This document shows positions 28,680-38,395 of a stretch of 64,000 bases of DNA, in pieces. The DNA lies in NCBI GenBank assembly GCA_049515535.1, contig JBEKTZ010000013.1, positions 1 to 64,000 on the forward strand, written 5' to 3'. Source of the stretch: Candidatus Aminicenantales bacterium. GTDB taxonomy: Bacteria; Acidobacteriota; Aminicenantia; Aminicenantales; UBA4085. A program made the position numbers and the translations under genes. Each line of letters opens with the position of its first letter. Within the stretch, counting starts at the first letter, position 1. Under the pieces are notes generated by a model. That model saw only the letters and a program-made list of their open reading frames with translations, was not told the origin of the DNA and made no database searches.

Positions 28680-31600
28680 ATGATAAAAAAAATATGGTTT
28701 CCTTCCATCTGGCGAAAGGCGTTTTTTGCGCTTTTACTCTGCTTCGCCGTCTCGCTGCCGCTAACGGCGGCCTTTCTCCGAAATATGCCGGTCAAGGTCG
28801 TCCAGCCTAATGGAGAGCCGCTCAATCTCTTCGCCACCGGCGACGAATTTTACAACTGGCTCCACGACGCCAACGGCTACACGATCATCCAGGACCCCGA
28901 GACGGGCTACTATGTTTATGCTGTTTTAGAGAACGGACGGCTCGCATCATCCGCCTTTCCCCTGAGTTCTCTTTCCGCGGTCAACAACGCAAGCGTCAGT
29001 TATCTGAATATCCCCAAGTATTTGATCCAGCCTTGGGACAAACGAGCAAAACCCCGGGATATCAGGCCCGGCGGCTCGCCGGCCACTCCTGAAAAAATCC
29101 TGCGCGCTCCCAGAACGGGAACTCTGAATAACATCGCCATATTCATCCGGTTCAGCGATGAAAGCGAATTTACGGATCTCCTATCGCTCTACGGCGACAT
29201 GTTCAACAACAGCGCGCCGGGCGCGAACTCGATGCTCAACTATTACCGGGAAGTCTCCTACAATCAATTAACGATTGCGACCTCCTTTTATCCGAACGCC
29301 GCGACGACGGTCGTTTCCTATCAGGATTCCCGTCCGCGGAGCTATTACCAGCCCTATAATGCCACGACCAACCCCAATGGATATACCTCATCCAATATGA
29401 CGGATAGAGAGCACACGCTTTTGAAAGACGCGGTCGATGCCGTCGGCTCGCAGATTCCAGCTGGGCTGAACATCGACGGCGACGGCGACGGCAATGTGGA
29501 CAACGTCTGTTTCATTGTCTACGGGAGCTCGGGGGGCTGGGCGGAATTGCTCTGGCCGCACCAGTGGTCTCTCTACACCAAGACGGCCTATATCAACGGC
29601 AAACGCGTCTGGACATACAATTTTCAACTGCAGACGTTTTTAACGGCCAGCGGCGTCGGCGTCTTATGCCACGAGATGTTCCACAGCTTAGGGGCTCCGG
29701 ACCTTTACCATTATAACTACGATGGCCTTACTCCCGTGTCCTCCTGGGATATCATGGAGGATGATCAAAATCCGCCTCAGCATATGGGCGCATACATGAA
29801 GTTCAAATACGGACAATGGATCGCCTCGATTCCTCAAATCACCCTGGCGGGGAATTACTCGCTGACCGATCTGATCTCGGCCGCCAACAACTGTTATAAA
29901 ATCGCTTCTCCGAACTCGACGACGGAATACTTTGTCGTCGAACATAGGTATAAGCGGGGAACGTTTGAAAATTCGTTGCCCGGGTCCGGCCTTCTGATTT
30001 ACCGGATCAATCCGGCGGTTATGGGAAATGCCAACGGCCCGCCCGATGAGGTCTATGTCTATCGGCCCGACGGAACCCAGACCGTGAACGGCTCTCCCTG
30101 GCTGGCCAATTTCGGCTCGCATGTCGGCCGGACAGCCATCAATGACGCGACCAACCCGTCGAGCTTTTTAACTGCCGGCGACCCGGGGGGCTTGAACATT
30201 TCGAACATCGGCTCGCCAAGCGGCGCTCCGGAAATATCTGATATAGTCTATGCCCCTTCCTCGATATCTTTTTATGTATCGCTGACTCCAGTTATTACAG
30301 TTCCGACGGTAACGACAACGGCTGTCACAAACATATTAGCGACGAGTGCGGAGAGCGGGGGCAATGTCACGTCGAGCGGAGGGCCGGCGGTGACGGCGCG
30401 GGGCGTCTGCTGGAGCACGGCGCTGAACCCCACGACGGCCGATGCCAAGACGGTGGACGGCTTGGGGACGGGGTCCTATACGAGCGCCATCACGGGCTTA
30501 AGCCCGAGCACCACGTATCAGGTCCGCGCCTACGCCACGAATTCGGCGGGCACGGCCTACGGTAGTAACTTGAGTTTCACAACTCCTTCCATTATTTTGC
30601 TTCCGACGGTCAGCACGATGGCCGTCACGAACATATCGGGGAGTTTTGCGCAGAGCGGAGGCACGGTAGCCTCGGAAGGGGGGACGCCGGTGACGGCACG
30701 GGGCGTCTGCTGGAGAACGGTGCTAAACCCCACGACGGCCGATTCCAAGACAGTGGACGGCTTGGGGATGGGGTCCTATACGAGCGCCATCGCGGGCTTA
30801 AGCATGAGCACCACGTATCACGTCCGCGCCTACGCCACGAATTCGGCGGGCACGGCCTATGGCAACGACCTGAGCTTCATAACCGCATCGTCTTCTTCCA
30901 TACTTTTTAACGAGAATTTTTTGGGCGCAACGATTCCTGCCGGGTGGAACCAACAGAACATAGGCACTGGAATAACGAATAGATGGTCTATTTCGTTGAC
31001 AAGCCTTGCGGGCGGCTCTCCTAATGAGATGAGATGCGATTGGCAGAGTGTGAATCCGGGCACGTCACGGTTGGTGACGCCGCCCTTGAATACGACAGGC
31101 TATGCGGTTCTCTATTTGAGCTTCAAACATTTTTTGGATTCCTATGATACGGGAGGTCTGGTGTTAAAAGTACAAACCAGTCCTGACGGGACGACCTGGA
31201 CCGATGAATCGTGGTCTGTGCTGACATCGACTGCCAATATAGGGCCTAAGACAGAGTCCGCGGTGCTCACGCACAATTTGAATAGTTCGGCAACTTATGT
31301 GGCCTTTGTTATCACGGGCGACTTGTATAATTTCGATGCCTGGTATATCGATGATGTTTCCATCGCTATACAAAATACGTTCAATTCGGCGGGGAGCTGG
31401 ACCGGCGCGGGAAACGGGGCCGACGGCTGGCATTTGGGAGATTTCAACGGCGACGGACGGACGGACATCTTCCGCTATCGTCCCGGGGTATCCGGAGCCG
31501 AAGTCTTTCTCTCAAACGGGAGCTCATTCGTCGATGCGGGGAGTTGGACCGGCGCGGGAAACGGGGCCGACGGCTGGCATTTGGGAGATTTCAACGGCGA

Positions 31601-32552
31601 CGGACGGACGGACATCTTCCGCTATCGTCCCGGGGTATCCGGAGCCGAGGTCTTTTTGTCGGACGGAACGGAATTTGTCGAAGCCGGGAGCTGGACCGGG
31701 GCGGGCTGCGGCTCGGACGGCTGGTATGTGGGCGATTTCAACGGCGACGGGCGGTCCGATATCATGCGCTATAATCCCGGCGTATCCGGAGCCGAAGTCT
31801 TTCTCTCGAACGGGAGCTCATTCGTCGATGCGGGGAGTTGGACCGGCGCGGGAAACGGGGCCGACGGCTGGCATTTGGGAGATTTCAACGGCGACGGACG
31901 GACGGACATCTTCCGCTATCGCCCCGGGGTATCCGGAGCCGAGGTCTTTTTGTCGGACGGAACGAAATTTGTCGAAGCCGGGAGCTGGACCGGGGCGGGC
32001 TGCGGCTCAGACGGCTGGTATGTGGGCGATTTCAATGGTGACGGAAAAGACGATATTATGAGATATACCCCCGGTGTGGGGTCAGAGGTCTTTCTCTCGG
32101 ACGGGACGAAATTTGTCGAAGCCGGGAGCTGGACCGGGGCGGGGAACGGGACCGATGGCTGGTATGTCGGGGATTTTAACGGAGACGGGAAGGACGATAT
32201 TTTTCGCTATCTCCCCGGAGTCTCCGGGGCGGATGTCTTTCTTTCGAACTCTGCCGCTGTCGGCACTCCTCTCTCTGTTCTGGCCCTCAGTCTATCGGCG
32301 CTCGATGAGGAGATGATCTCAGAAAAAAATGTCCGGAGAGAAATGACTTATCAGGAAGAAGAAGTTTTTCTAAACTCTTTTCTCATGAGGCAGCTCCGGG
32401 GTGAAGAGGTCTCGATCTTTGAGGTCAAAAAAGCCTATGAAGATACGTTGGGGAGGAATGTCCGAAAAGCAGTCATCCATCAATTGCTCTTCAGGCATGG
32501 CTTTTGGAAACTCTTTGAGCGAGTCATCATATTGAACGAAGTAATAAAATAA
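28680..32552 (+). CDS. P1: secreted M6-family (immune inhibitor A-like) metalloprotease + 2 FN3-like domains + jelly-roll domain + 6 FG-GAP repeats + winged-helix-like tail
   Basis: Signal peptide, QPNG...GDEFYNW prodomain, LWPHQW, HEMFHSLGAPDLY zinc motif, WDIM, EYFVVE, VRAYATN x2, GDFNGDG x6. Confidence 0.88.
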   Translation: MIKKIWFPSIWRKAFFALLLCFAVSLPLTAAFLRNMPVKVVQPNGEPLNLFATGDEFYNWLHDANGYTIIQDPETGYYVYAVLENGRLASSAFPLSSLSAVNNASVSYLNIPKYLIQPWDKRAKPRDIRPGGSPATPEKILRAPRTGTLNNIAIFIRFSDESEFTDLLSLYGDMFNNSAPGANSMLNYYREVSYNQLTIATSFYPNAATTVVSYQDSRPRSYYQPYNATTNPNGYTSSNMTDREHTLLKDAVDAVGSQIPAGLNIDGDGDGNVDNVCFIVYGSSGGWAELLWPHQWSLYTKTAYINGKRVWTYNFQLQTFLTASGVGVLCHEMFHSLGAPDLYHYNYDGLTPVSSWDIMEDDQNPPQHMGAYMKFKYGQWIASIPQITLAGNYSLTDLISAANNCYKIASPNSTTEYFVVEHRYKRGTFENSLPGSGLLIYRINPAVMGNANGPPDEVYVYRPDGTQTVNGSPWLANFGSHVGRTAINDATNPSSFLTAGDPGGLNISNIGSPSGAPEISDIVYAPSSISFYVSLTPVITVPTVTTTAVTNILATSAESGGNVTSSGGPAVTARGVCWSTALNPTTADAKTVDGLGTGSYTSAITGLSPSTTYQVRAYATNSAGTAYGSNLSFTTPSIILLPTVSTMAVTNISGSFAQSGGTVASEGGTPVTARGVCWRTVLNPTTADSKTVDGLGMGSYTSAIAGLSMSTTYHVRAYATNSAGTAYGNDLSFITASSSSILFNENFLGATIPAGWNQQNIGTGITNRWSISLTSLAGGSPNEMRCDWQSVNPGTSRLVTPPLNTTGYAVLYLSFKHFLDSYDTGGLVLKVQTSPDGTTWTDESWSVLTSTANIGPKTESAVLTHNLNSSATYVAFVITGDLYNFDAWYIDDVSIAIQNTFNSAGSWTGAGNGADGWHLGDFNGDGRTDIFRYRPGVSGAEVFLSNGSSFVDAGSWTGAGNGADGWHLGDFNGDGRTDIFRYRPGVSGAEVFLSDGTEFVEAGSWTGAGCGSDGWYVGDFNGDGRSDIMRYNPGVSGAEVFLSNGSSFVDAGSWTGAGNGADGWHLGDFNGDGRTDIFRYRPGVSGAEVFLSDGTKFVEAGSWTGAGCGSDGWYVGDFNGDGKDDIMRYTPGVGSEVFLSDGTKFVEAGSWTGAGNGTDGWYVGDFNGDGKDDIFRYLPGVSGADVFLSNSAAVGTPLSVLALSLSALDEEMISEKNVRREMTYQEEEVFLNSFLMRQLRGEEVSIFEVKKAYEDTLGRNVRKAVIHQLLFRHGFWKLFERVIILNEVIK
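30301..30885 (+). repeat. Tandem FN3-like module (300-bp period); third copy at ~40385-40680 (minus)
   Basis: PTV.T.AVTNI...VTARGVCW...VRAYATNSAGTAYG twice, with high nucleotide identity. Confidence 0.85.
31380..32243 (+). repeat. Six FG-GAP/VCBS repeats (144-147 bp)
   Basis: GSWTGAG.G.DGW..GDFNGDG..DI.RY.PG...EVFLS units, near-identical at DNA level. Confidence 0.95.
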
Positions 32553-32703
32553 GCCAAGGGCGGCACAACTCATATTTCGTCAGTTCTGTCTCCAGAGAAG
32601 CGTCGGCAAATGTGAAGGGATCTTGAATCCTGCGTGAACCGGCGCTAAGACAAAATTAGTTCATAACCCCCTGAAATTTCCCGATCTGGTCACGGTGGGA
32701 AGT

Positions 32704-33297
32704 TTAAAACAGCACCTTAAAATTCATCCCGATCGAAAAACCGTCGAGATTCGTCACGAGATTATTGGGATTATTGAAGACGTTCGCGTTGTTTGTGTTG
32801 AGAATTCTGTATCCGAGATCGATATCCAGTTTGGAATGGAAAAGCTTATCTCGGCTCTCAATAGTCGTGATTGTGGCCAAGAAGCCGGCCATGAGACTGC
32901 TGTCCTCGATTCCGTTCGAATAGCTGGCGTTGCCGATATCGATCCCGATATGAAGGAAATTCGAGATCCTCCGCATGATCCTGATTCCCGTGATGTTGCA
33001 GTCGACGTCGACCTCGACCCTGCCCCCTGTCGCCGGCACGCCGCTCCCGTTCATTTTGATCTCTTCCCGTAGGAGTGAGATGTCGAAATCCTCGGAGAGT
33101 TTAAATGTCAGAAGAAAAAGATTGCCGTTTCCGGAAAAGCGGCTGTCCATTCCTCTATAGAGGTTAAATCCGAATCCGAATCCGAATCTTTTTGTCTCCT
33201 GCGCTGAATCCTGGGCGGATGCCGTCAGAGTGCCGAGGAGCATAAAGATGAGCAGTAGGCTCGAAACGCCGATGACTCGAAAAGCTCGTTTCTTCAT
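32704..33297 (-). CDS. Small outer-membrane beta-barrel protein
   Basis: Signal peptide ending ASA, alternating amphipathic strands (FGFGFGFNLY, IDLGYR), terminal strand MNFKVLF with C-terminal Phe. Confidence 0.75.
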   Translation of the reverse strand: MKKRAFRVIGVSSLLLIFMLLGTLTASAQDSAQETKRFGFGFGFNLYRGMDSRFSGNGNLFLLTFKLSEDFDISLLREEIKMNGSGVPATGGRVEVDVDCNITGIRIMRRISNFLHIGIDIGNASYSNGIEDSSLMAGFLATITTIESRDKLFHSKLDIDLGYRILNTNNANVFNNPNNLVTNLDGFSIGMNFKVLF

Positions 33298-33378
33298 AAG
33301 GCTATCCTCTCTTTCACTGACAAGGCCATCTTAAATGAACCATAACTGGTTATAGATAAACTGAAACACGATGAGGTA

Positions 33379-33407
33379 TATTTATATATAAATTGATTTC
33401 TTGTCAA
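33379..33407 (-). promoter_or_regulatory. Sigma70-type promoter for the beta-barrel gene
   Basis: TTGACA followed 15-17 nt later by the AT-rich TATAAATA on the minus strand. Confidence 0.45.
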
Positions 33408-33427
33408 GGATTAATTGAACTGACCTT

Positions 33428-35408
33428 GAATCCTTCACTCCTTCGAGATCAATCGAAAATCATGTTTCTTGAGCCAGCGGAGGAGGACGGCCCGAGTCGG
33501 TTTTTCCCCCGTGGCGTTTTCATAGGCTTGCTTCAAGTCCATCAACGCTACGGGCTCGCCCCTAACGGCTTTCTGCCGGAACGGCTCGAGCCATTTCTCT
33601 TCCATCCTCCAATAGGCCGCATCAAAAAGGATCCCGACACTGGAAGACGCGTTGCTTTGAAATACGTCGAATTCGGAGACCGATCCGGAAACGCTTCCGG
33701 CAAGAAAAACATCCGCTCCGGACACCCCCGGCAGATAGCGGAAAATATCGTCCATCCCGTCTCCGTTGAAATCTCCCACGTACCAGCCGTCAGCGCCGTT
33801 CCCAGCGCCCGTCCAGATCCCGGCTGAGACAAATTGCGTCCCGTCCGAGAGAAAGACCTCTGACCCCACGCCGGGGGTATATCTCATAATGTCGTCTTTT
33901 CCGTCGCCGTTGAAATCGCCCACGTACCAGCCATCCGCGCCGTTCCCGGCGCCCGTCCAGATCCCGGCTGAGACAAATTGCGTCCCGTCCGAGAGAAAGA
34001 CCTCTGACCCCACGCCGGGGGCATATCTCATAATGTCGTCTTTTCCGTCGCCGTTGAAATCGCCCACGTACCAGCCGTCAGCGCCGTTCCCGGCGCCCGT
34101 CCAGATCCCGGCTGAGACAAATTGCGTCCCGTCCGAGAGAAAGACCTCTGACCCCACACCGGGGGTATATCTCATAACGTCGTCCTTCCCATCTCCGTTG
34201 AAGTCGCCGACATACCAGCCGTCTGATCCGTATCCCGCCCCGGTCCAGATCCCAGCTGAGACAAATTGCGTCCCGTCCGAGAGAAAGACCTCTGACCCCA
34301 CGCCGGGGGCATATCTCAATATGTCGTCCTTCCCGTCGCCGTTAAAGTCGCCGACATACCAGCCGTTTGATCCGTATCCCGCCCCGGTCCAGCTGCCGAC
34401 GGAGTTGAACTTCGTCCCATCGGACAGGAACATGTCCGCCCCCGAGACCCCCGGATAATAGCGGAAGATATCCTTTTTCCCATCCCCGTTGAAATCGCCG
34501 ATAAACCAGCCTGCGCCGGCTTTTCCCGCCCCGGTCCAGCTCCCCGAGTAAACGAAGGCCAGCGACGTTTCGCCCTTCCCTTGCAAGTTCAGGTTGTACG
34601 GGTTATTGACCGGGTCATTGTTCAGCAGCGAAATCGACGCCGTCTTCTGCCCCACGGAGGTCGTCTTGAACTCGATGATGAACGTCGTGCTCTGGTTGGG
34701 AGCCACCGGCGACGTCGGAGCTTGGATGACGCTGAACTGGTCCGCGTTGGCTCCGTTGATCACCAGGTTCGTCTGCAGCGTCAGATCGGAAGGCCCCATG
34801 TTGTTGATCGTGAAGACGGCCTGGGAGCCGACATTCACCACCTGCATGCCGTAATTATAGGTCCCGCCCTTGGGGATCGTCGTCCGGCCCTGGACGAGCG
34901 TCATCCTCGGCGCCGTTAGGTTCGTCCCCTGGAAGTCCTGGTTCGGCTCATTCGAGGTAATGTGGGCCAGCTCGCGGACGGCCGGCGTCCAGGAGCCGTA
35001 GCCCGTCTTGCTCGGCGTGATGCTCGTGCTCGAATACGGAGGCATATTATAGGAATAGGTCCCATCCGCCGCCGTGGTCTCCGTATGCCCGTAGAACGAG
35101 AACGTGATCGTCACGCCCCCGACCGGGTTCGTCCCGTCCGTTACCGTGCCCGAGATCCGGTACATTATAGGCGTGCCCTGGAAGTCCTGGTTCGGCTGAT
35201 CGGCCGTGATGTTCGTTATGGTCCGGCTGGCCGGGGTCCACGAGGGATAGGCCGCATGGCTCGGCGTGACCGTCGTCGTCGTCCCCCGGGGAACCGTATA
35301 CGAGTACGTCCCGTTCGCCGCAGTACTCTCCGTGTGGCCGTCGTGCGAGAACGTTACCGTCACATTCTGGACAGGGTTTGGCCCGTCCGTCACCTTCCCC
35401 GAGATCGT
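33428..35408 (-). repeat. ~1.98-kb direct repeat, copy A (3' part of P2)
   Basis: Aligns by eye with 38396-40379 from GAATCCTTCACTCC to GAGATCGT. Confidence 0.93.
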
Positions 35409-37481
35409 TAGCGTATCAGGTGGCAGTGCGAAATCAAGGTAGAAAATCGAGCCGTCAGCTGATGCGCTTGAATAGAGCCTTCTGGTTTCTTGCGCGGCTA
35501 CTGGAAGATAATTTTTCGAAAGAACGCCTTGGCCGAACAAACCAGGTTTTCTTATCGACGGACTCATCGCCCCAGACTCCTGACGGGCAAGACAAAGGCT
35601 CCAGATTCGCGATGCCACCAGATTGTTGTTTATGGATGTCCAGCTTGCCCCTCCGTTTTCGCTCTTGAATACCCCCCCCTGATCCGTTCCAACATAGAGC
35701 GTCGCCGGACTATCCTGATCGATGATAAAAGATGAATTCGGCGTGCCTGAAATGCCATTATTTATTTGCCCCCAATTGTCGCCGCTGTTTGTGCTCTTAT
35801 AGATTCCATTATTCATAGTGACGGCATAAACAATCGAAGGAGTCAGCGGGGCGATGGCCACGGCGCGAATATTTTGCTGCACGAGTCCTGTTTGGATCCA
35901 GGTCGCTCCGCCGTCAGGGCTCTTAAAAACTCCGTACAATGTCGTATGATTCATACTATTTGCGCCGATGTATAGGGTCGTCGATGTTTGAGGATCGATG
36001 GCGATAGCGGCAATCCGATAAATCAGGTTGCCTTTGATATCCGTCCAGTTGTTGCCGCCGTTTATGCTCTTATATATCGACAGGCTGGAGCCCGCATAGA
36101 CAGTGGACGGGTTTTGTGGATCAACCACAACCACCCAGGTGTCATCCTTTCCTCGAGGCAAGCCAGTGTTAATCGCCGTCCAGCTTGCCCCACCGTTCAC
36201 GGTTCGATAAACTCCGCCCTTTGATATAGGGCCCTGGTCATAAATTTTAGCCTGTGTCCCGGCATAGACGATGGATGTATTCTGGGGATTGATGGCCAGG
36301 CTGTTGATCATGAAACTCGTCTCGGGAATTCCGTTATTGTATTTTTCCCACGAAGCTCCCGCGTCCAAGCTTTTATAAATTCCGGCACCGAGAGTCCCGG
36401 CATAAATCGTCGATTCGGCATGGGGATCGATCGCCAGTTTATAGACCGGCGTTGCCCTCATGTTTGTGTTTGAAACTTGCCAGGAATTACCGCTGTCCAC
36501 CGATTTATACACTCCCATGTATTGGGCGCCGATATAGAGATTCAAAGAAGAAATCGGGTCCAGAGCAAGAGATAATACCGAGGGCGGCTGGCCGGTACCC
36601 AAGGGATCCGTCCAGGTTTCCCCGCCATCCGCGCTCTTGACGAGCCGTCCATAAGAAGCATAAATCGTGCCCGGGCTATTCGGATCCAGCCAGACCCGGC
36701 CTAAAATGAGTCCAAAACTTTTGATCGATGCGAAATGGGCTCCGCCATCTATGCTCTTCCATAAATCTCCATTATAGCCGCCGGCATAAATGATGAGGGA
36801 ATTATGGAGATCTATAGCGACGGCTTCCCAGTGGGGGATAAAGTCTACCGGCGGGCTTCCCGCGAGGCCTGTGGGATTCCAAGATACGCCGCCGTCCGTG
36901 CTCTTAAACAATCCCAGATCATTTTCCTCAAGATAGACAACGGAAGAATTGTTTGGATCGACGACAAAAAAACCGGGGCTAGCAAATCCATCAGCGATTT
37001 CCGTCCAGGTCGCTCCGCCGTCCGAGCTTTTCATTGCAGCAGTATATGACGATAAGACAACGTACAGATTATCGGGCGTTTGGGGATCGATCGCCATGCT
37101 GTAAACAGGATCGCTGAGTCCGGTTAAAGTCCATGTTGAGCCGCTGTCGGTTGTTTTGTAAACACCGGCGTTGGCCGACAGCCCTGACCAAACGTAGAGA
37201 GTGGAAGGCATTTTGGGATTTATGACGATTCCGTCAAAGGACAAGTAAGGAAAACCCTCGTTAATCGTATTCCAAGTTGCAGCACCATTTGTGCTCTTAT
37301 AGACTCCGCCTGTTTTCGTGGCGGCATAGAGGATTAAAGGATTGCCCGGATCGATCACTAATCCTGACATCGAAGCCCCTTCCGGTCCGCAAGGCGTCCA
37401 GACATTCGTCTGGCTAAGAGCGCAGAGCGATGAAACGAAAAAGACAGCCAGAAAGAAAATAATTTTAGATTTGTTCAGCAT
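33435..37481 (-). CDS. P2: secreted BNR/VPS10-like beta-propeller + 2 carboxypeptidase-regulatory-like Ig domains + choice-of-anchor-D/ASH-like Ig + 6 FG-GAP + winged-helix-like tail
   Basis: Start MLNKSK (RBS AGAGGGAAG), signal peptide, many 'IDP.....Y....G.YKS.DGG.TW' Asp-box repeats, GDFNGDG x6. Confidence 0.88.
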   Translation of the reverse strand: MLNKSKIIFFLAVFFVSSLCALSQTNVWTPCGPEGASMSGLVIDPGNPLILYAATKTGGVYKSTNGAATWNTINEGFPYLSFDGIVINPKMPSTLYVWSGLSANAGVYKTTDSGSTWTLTGLSDPVYSMAIDPQTPDNLYVVLSSYTAAMKSSDGGATWTEIADGFASPGFFVVDPNNSSVVYLEENDLGLFKSTDGGVSWNPTGLAGSPPVDFIPHWEAVAIDLHNSLIIYAGGYNGDLWKSIDGGAHFASIKSFGLILGRVWLDPNSPGTIYASYGRLVKSADGGETWTDPLGTGQPPSVLSLALDPISSLNLYIGAQYMGVYKSVDSGNSWQVSNTNMRATPVYKLAIDPHAESTIYAGTLGAGIYKSLDAGASWEKYNNGIPETSFMINSLAINPQNTSIVYAGTQAKIYDQGPISKGGVYRTVNGGASWTAINTGLPRGKDDTWVVVVDPQNPSTVYAGSSLSIYKSINGGNNWTDIKGNLIYRIAAIAIDPQTSTTLYIGANSMNHTTLYGVFKSPDGGATWIQTGLVQQNIRAVAIAPLTPSIVYAVTMNNGIYKSTNSGDNWGQINNGISGTPNSSFIIDQDSPATLYVGTDQGGVFKSENGGASWTSINNNLVASRIWSLCLARQESGAMSPSIRKPGLFGQGVLSKNYLPVAAQETRRLYSSASADGSIFYLDFALPPDTLTISGKVTDGPNPVQNVTVTFSHDGHTESTAANGTYSYTVPRGTTTTVTPSHAAYPSWTPASRTITNITADQPNQDFQGTPIMYRISGTVTDGTNPVGGVTITFSFYGHTETTAADGTYSYNMPPYSSTSITPSKTGYGSWTPAVRELAHITSNEPNQDFQGTNLTAPRMTLVQGRTTIPKGGTYNYGMQVVNVGSQAVFTINNMGPSDLTLQTNLVINGANADQFSVIQAPTSPVAPNQSTTFIIEFKTTSVGQKTASISLLNNDPVNNPYNLNLQGKGETSLAFVYSGSWTGAGKAGAGWFIGDFNGDGKKDIFRYYPGVSGADMFLSDGTKFNSVGSWTGAGYGSNGWYVGDFNGDGKDDILRYAPGVGSEVFLSDGTQFVSAGIWTGAGYGSDGWYVGDFNGDGKDDVMRYTPGVGSEVFLSDGTQFVSAGIWTGAGNGADGWYVGDFNGDGKDDIMRYAPGVGSEVFLSDGTQFVSAGIWTGAGNGADGWYVGDFNGDGKDDIMRYTPGVGSEVFLSDGTQFVSAGIWTGAGNGADGWYVGDFNGDGMDDIFRYLPGVSGADVFLAGSVSGSVSEFDVFQSNASSSVGILFDAAYWRMEEKWLEPFRQKAVRGEPVALMDLKQAYENATGEKPTRAVLLRWLKKHDFRLISKE

Positions 37482-37642
37482 TGTCTTCCCTCTATAATAA
37501 GAACATAATTGCCAGTAACACTGCATTTAGAACACGGCGGAAAGCGTTCCCCTTTCACAAAAGTAATTTCATTTCCACATCTAGTGCATTGGTAAATTCC
37601 AGATTCAGGAACGATGTTGCCGGCTGAATATGACTTGGCCAA
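37475..37642 (-). CDS. Small zinc-ribbon protein (YjzC/DUF1451-like)
   Basis: YSAGNIVPESGIYQCTRCG...FPPCSKC with two CxxC. Probable TTG start after AAAGGGAGG. Stop overlaps the P2 start by 7 nt. Confidence 0.65.
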   Translation of the reverse strand: MAKSYSAGNIVPESGIYQCTRCGNEITFVKGERFPPCSKCSVTGNYVLIIEGRQC

Positions 37643-37676
37643 CCTCCCTTTAATTGATCCATTATCTTGGAGTGGA

Positions 37677-37705
37677 AATCTGACGCCAAATATATATCTT
37701 GTCAA
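37677..37705 (-). promoter_or_regulatory. Possible sigma70 promoter for Zn-ribbon/P2
   Basis: TTGACA-17 nt-CAGATT on the minus strand. Confidence 0.4.
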
Positions 37706-38151
37706 GAAAGGCGTTAGATCTCCCAATCGTTTCATATCTATTCCCCAATCGATTTGAATCGAATCTTAATCGAACTTATTTGACTAAATTATCACGCCGA
37801 TGAAGCAAGAATGTCAAATGTTTTGCTTGAGCCGCGTTTGACCCTTGTAGGAATACTTCAAGAATATATGAACACTTCTGTTTTATTCTTAAGCAAAATT
37901 CAATTTACGATTTGATTTAATGAATTATATTTCATCTTTACAGCAAAGAGTCTCTAAGATTTTCTCAGATCAGACAATATCAACAAATCTCAGTAACACA
38001 AATCGATTCTCATACGATTTTTTCATTTTTAACCCCCCGATTGCCAACTGAGACTATAGTGATCCTTCAATGACAGACTACTCCCCGTGTGCCAACGGTG
38101 TGCCAAAATGTGACTAAAAGCGCTGAAATTATGGTATCGGGATTGAAACGC

Positions 38152-38197
38152 AAAAAACAGTCAATGACCCCGCGGCTTGCCGCGGGGTCATTGACTG
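38152..38197 (-). terminator. Perfect palindrome / intrinsic terminator downstream of P3
   Basis: 19-bp perfect arms CAGTCAATGACCCCGCGGC-TT-GCCGCGGGGTCATTGACTG, followed by T6 on the minus strand. Confidence 0.8.
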
Positions 38198-38230
38198 ACC
38201 TCCCCCCACATTTCCTCTACCACCGGTGAA

Positions 38231-38298
38231 GTCAAGGGACGAGCCTTCGCGGCGAAAGCGGACCCCCGGGCAAAGCCCGGGGCCCCGGCCGCCGTGAA
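38231..38298 (-). repeat. 68-bp intergenic hairpin element, copy 2 (inverted)
   Basis: Reverse complement matches copy 1 at 63/68 and ends in the same TTGAC. Confidence 0.9.
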
Positions 38299-38395
38299 AG
38301 TTCGAGGCGATGAGCCGGGATTCGGGGAGACAAAACGCCTCCCCTGAAACCGGCATTATACAAAATGCTTCGACTCGGGGAAGTCCCTTCTCATG

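Noticed and set aside
32330..32700. Intact or recently inserted IS630 element
   Set aside because: Only the wHTH-like segment is present, fused in frame. No DDE domain or terminal inverted repeats are seen.
38231..38298. c-di-GMP-I riboswitch (GGGAC, GCAAAGC, GAAA words on one strand)
   Set aside because: Motif order does not fit the GEMM consensus as I recall it, and orientation relative to downstream genes is inconsistent among copies. An Infernal search would settle it.
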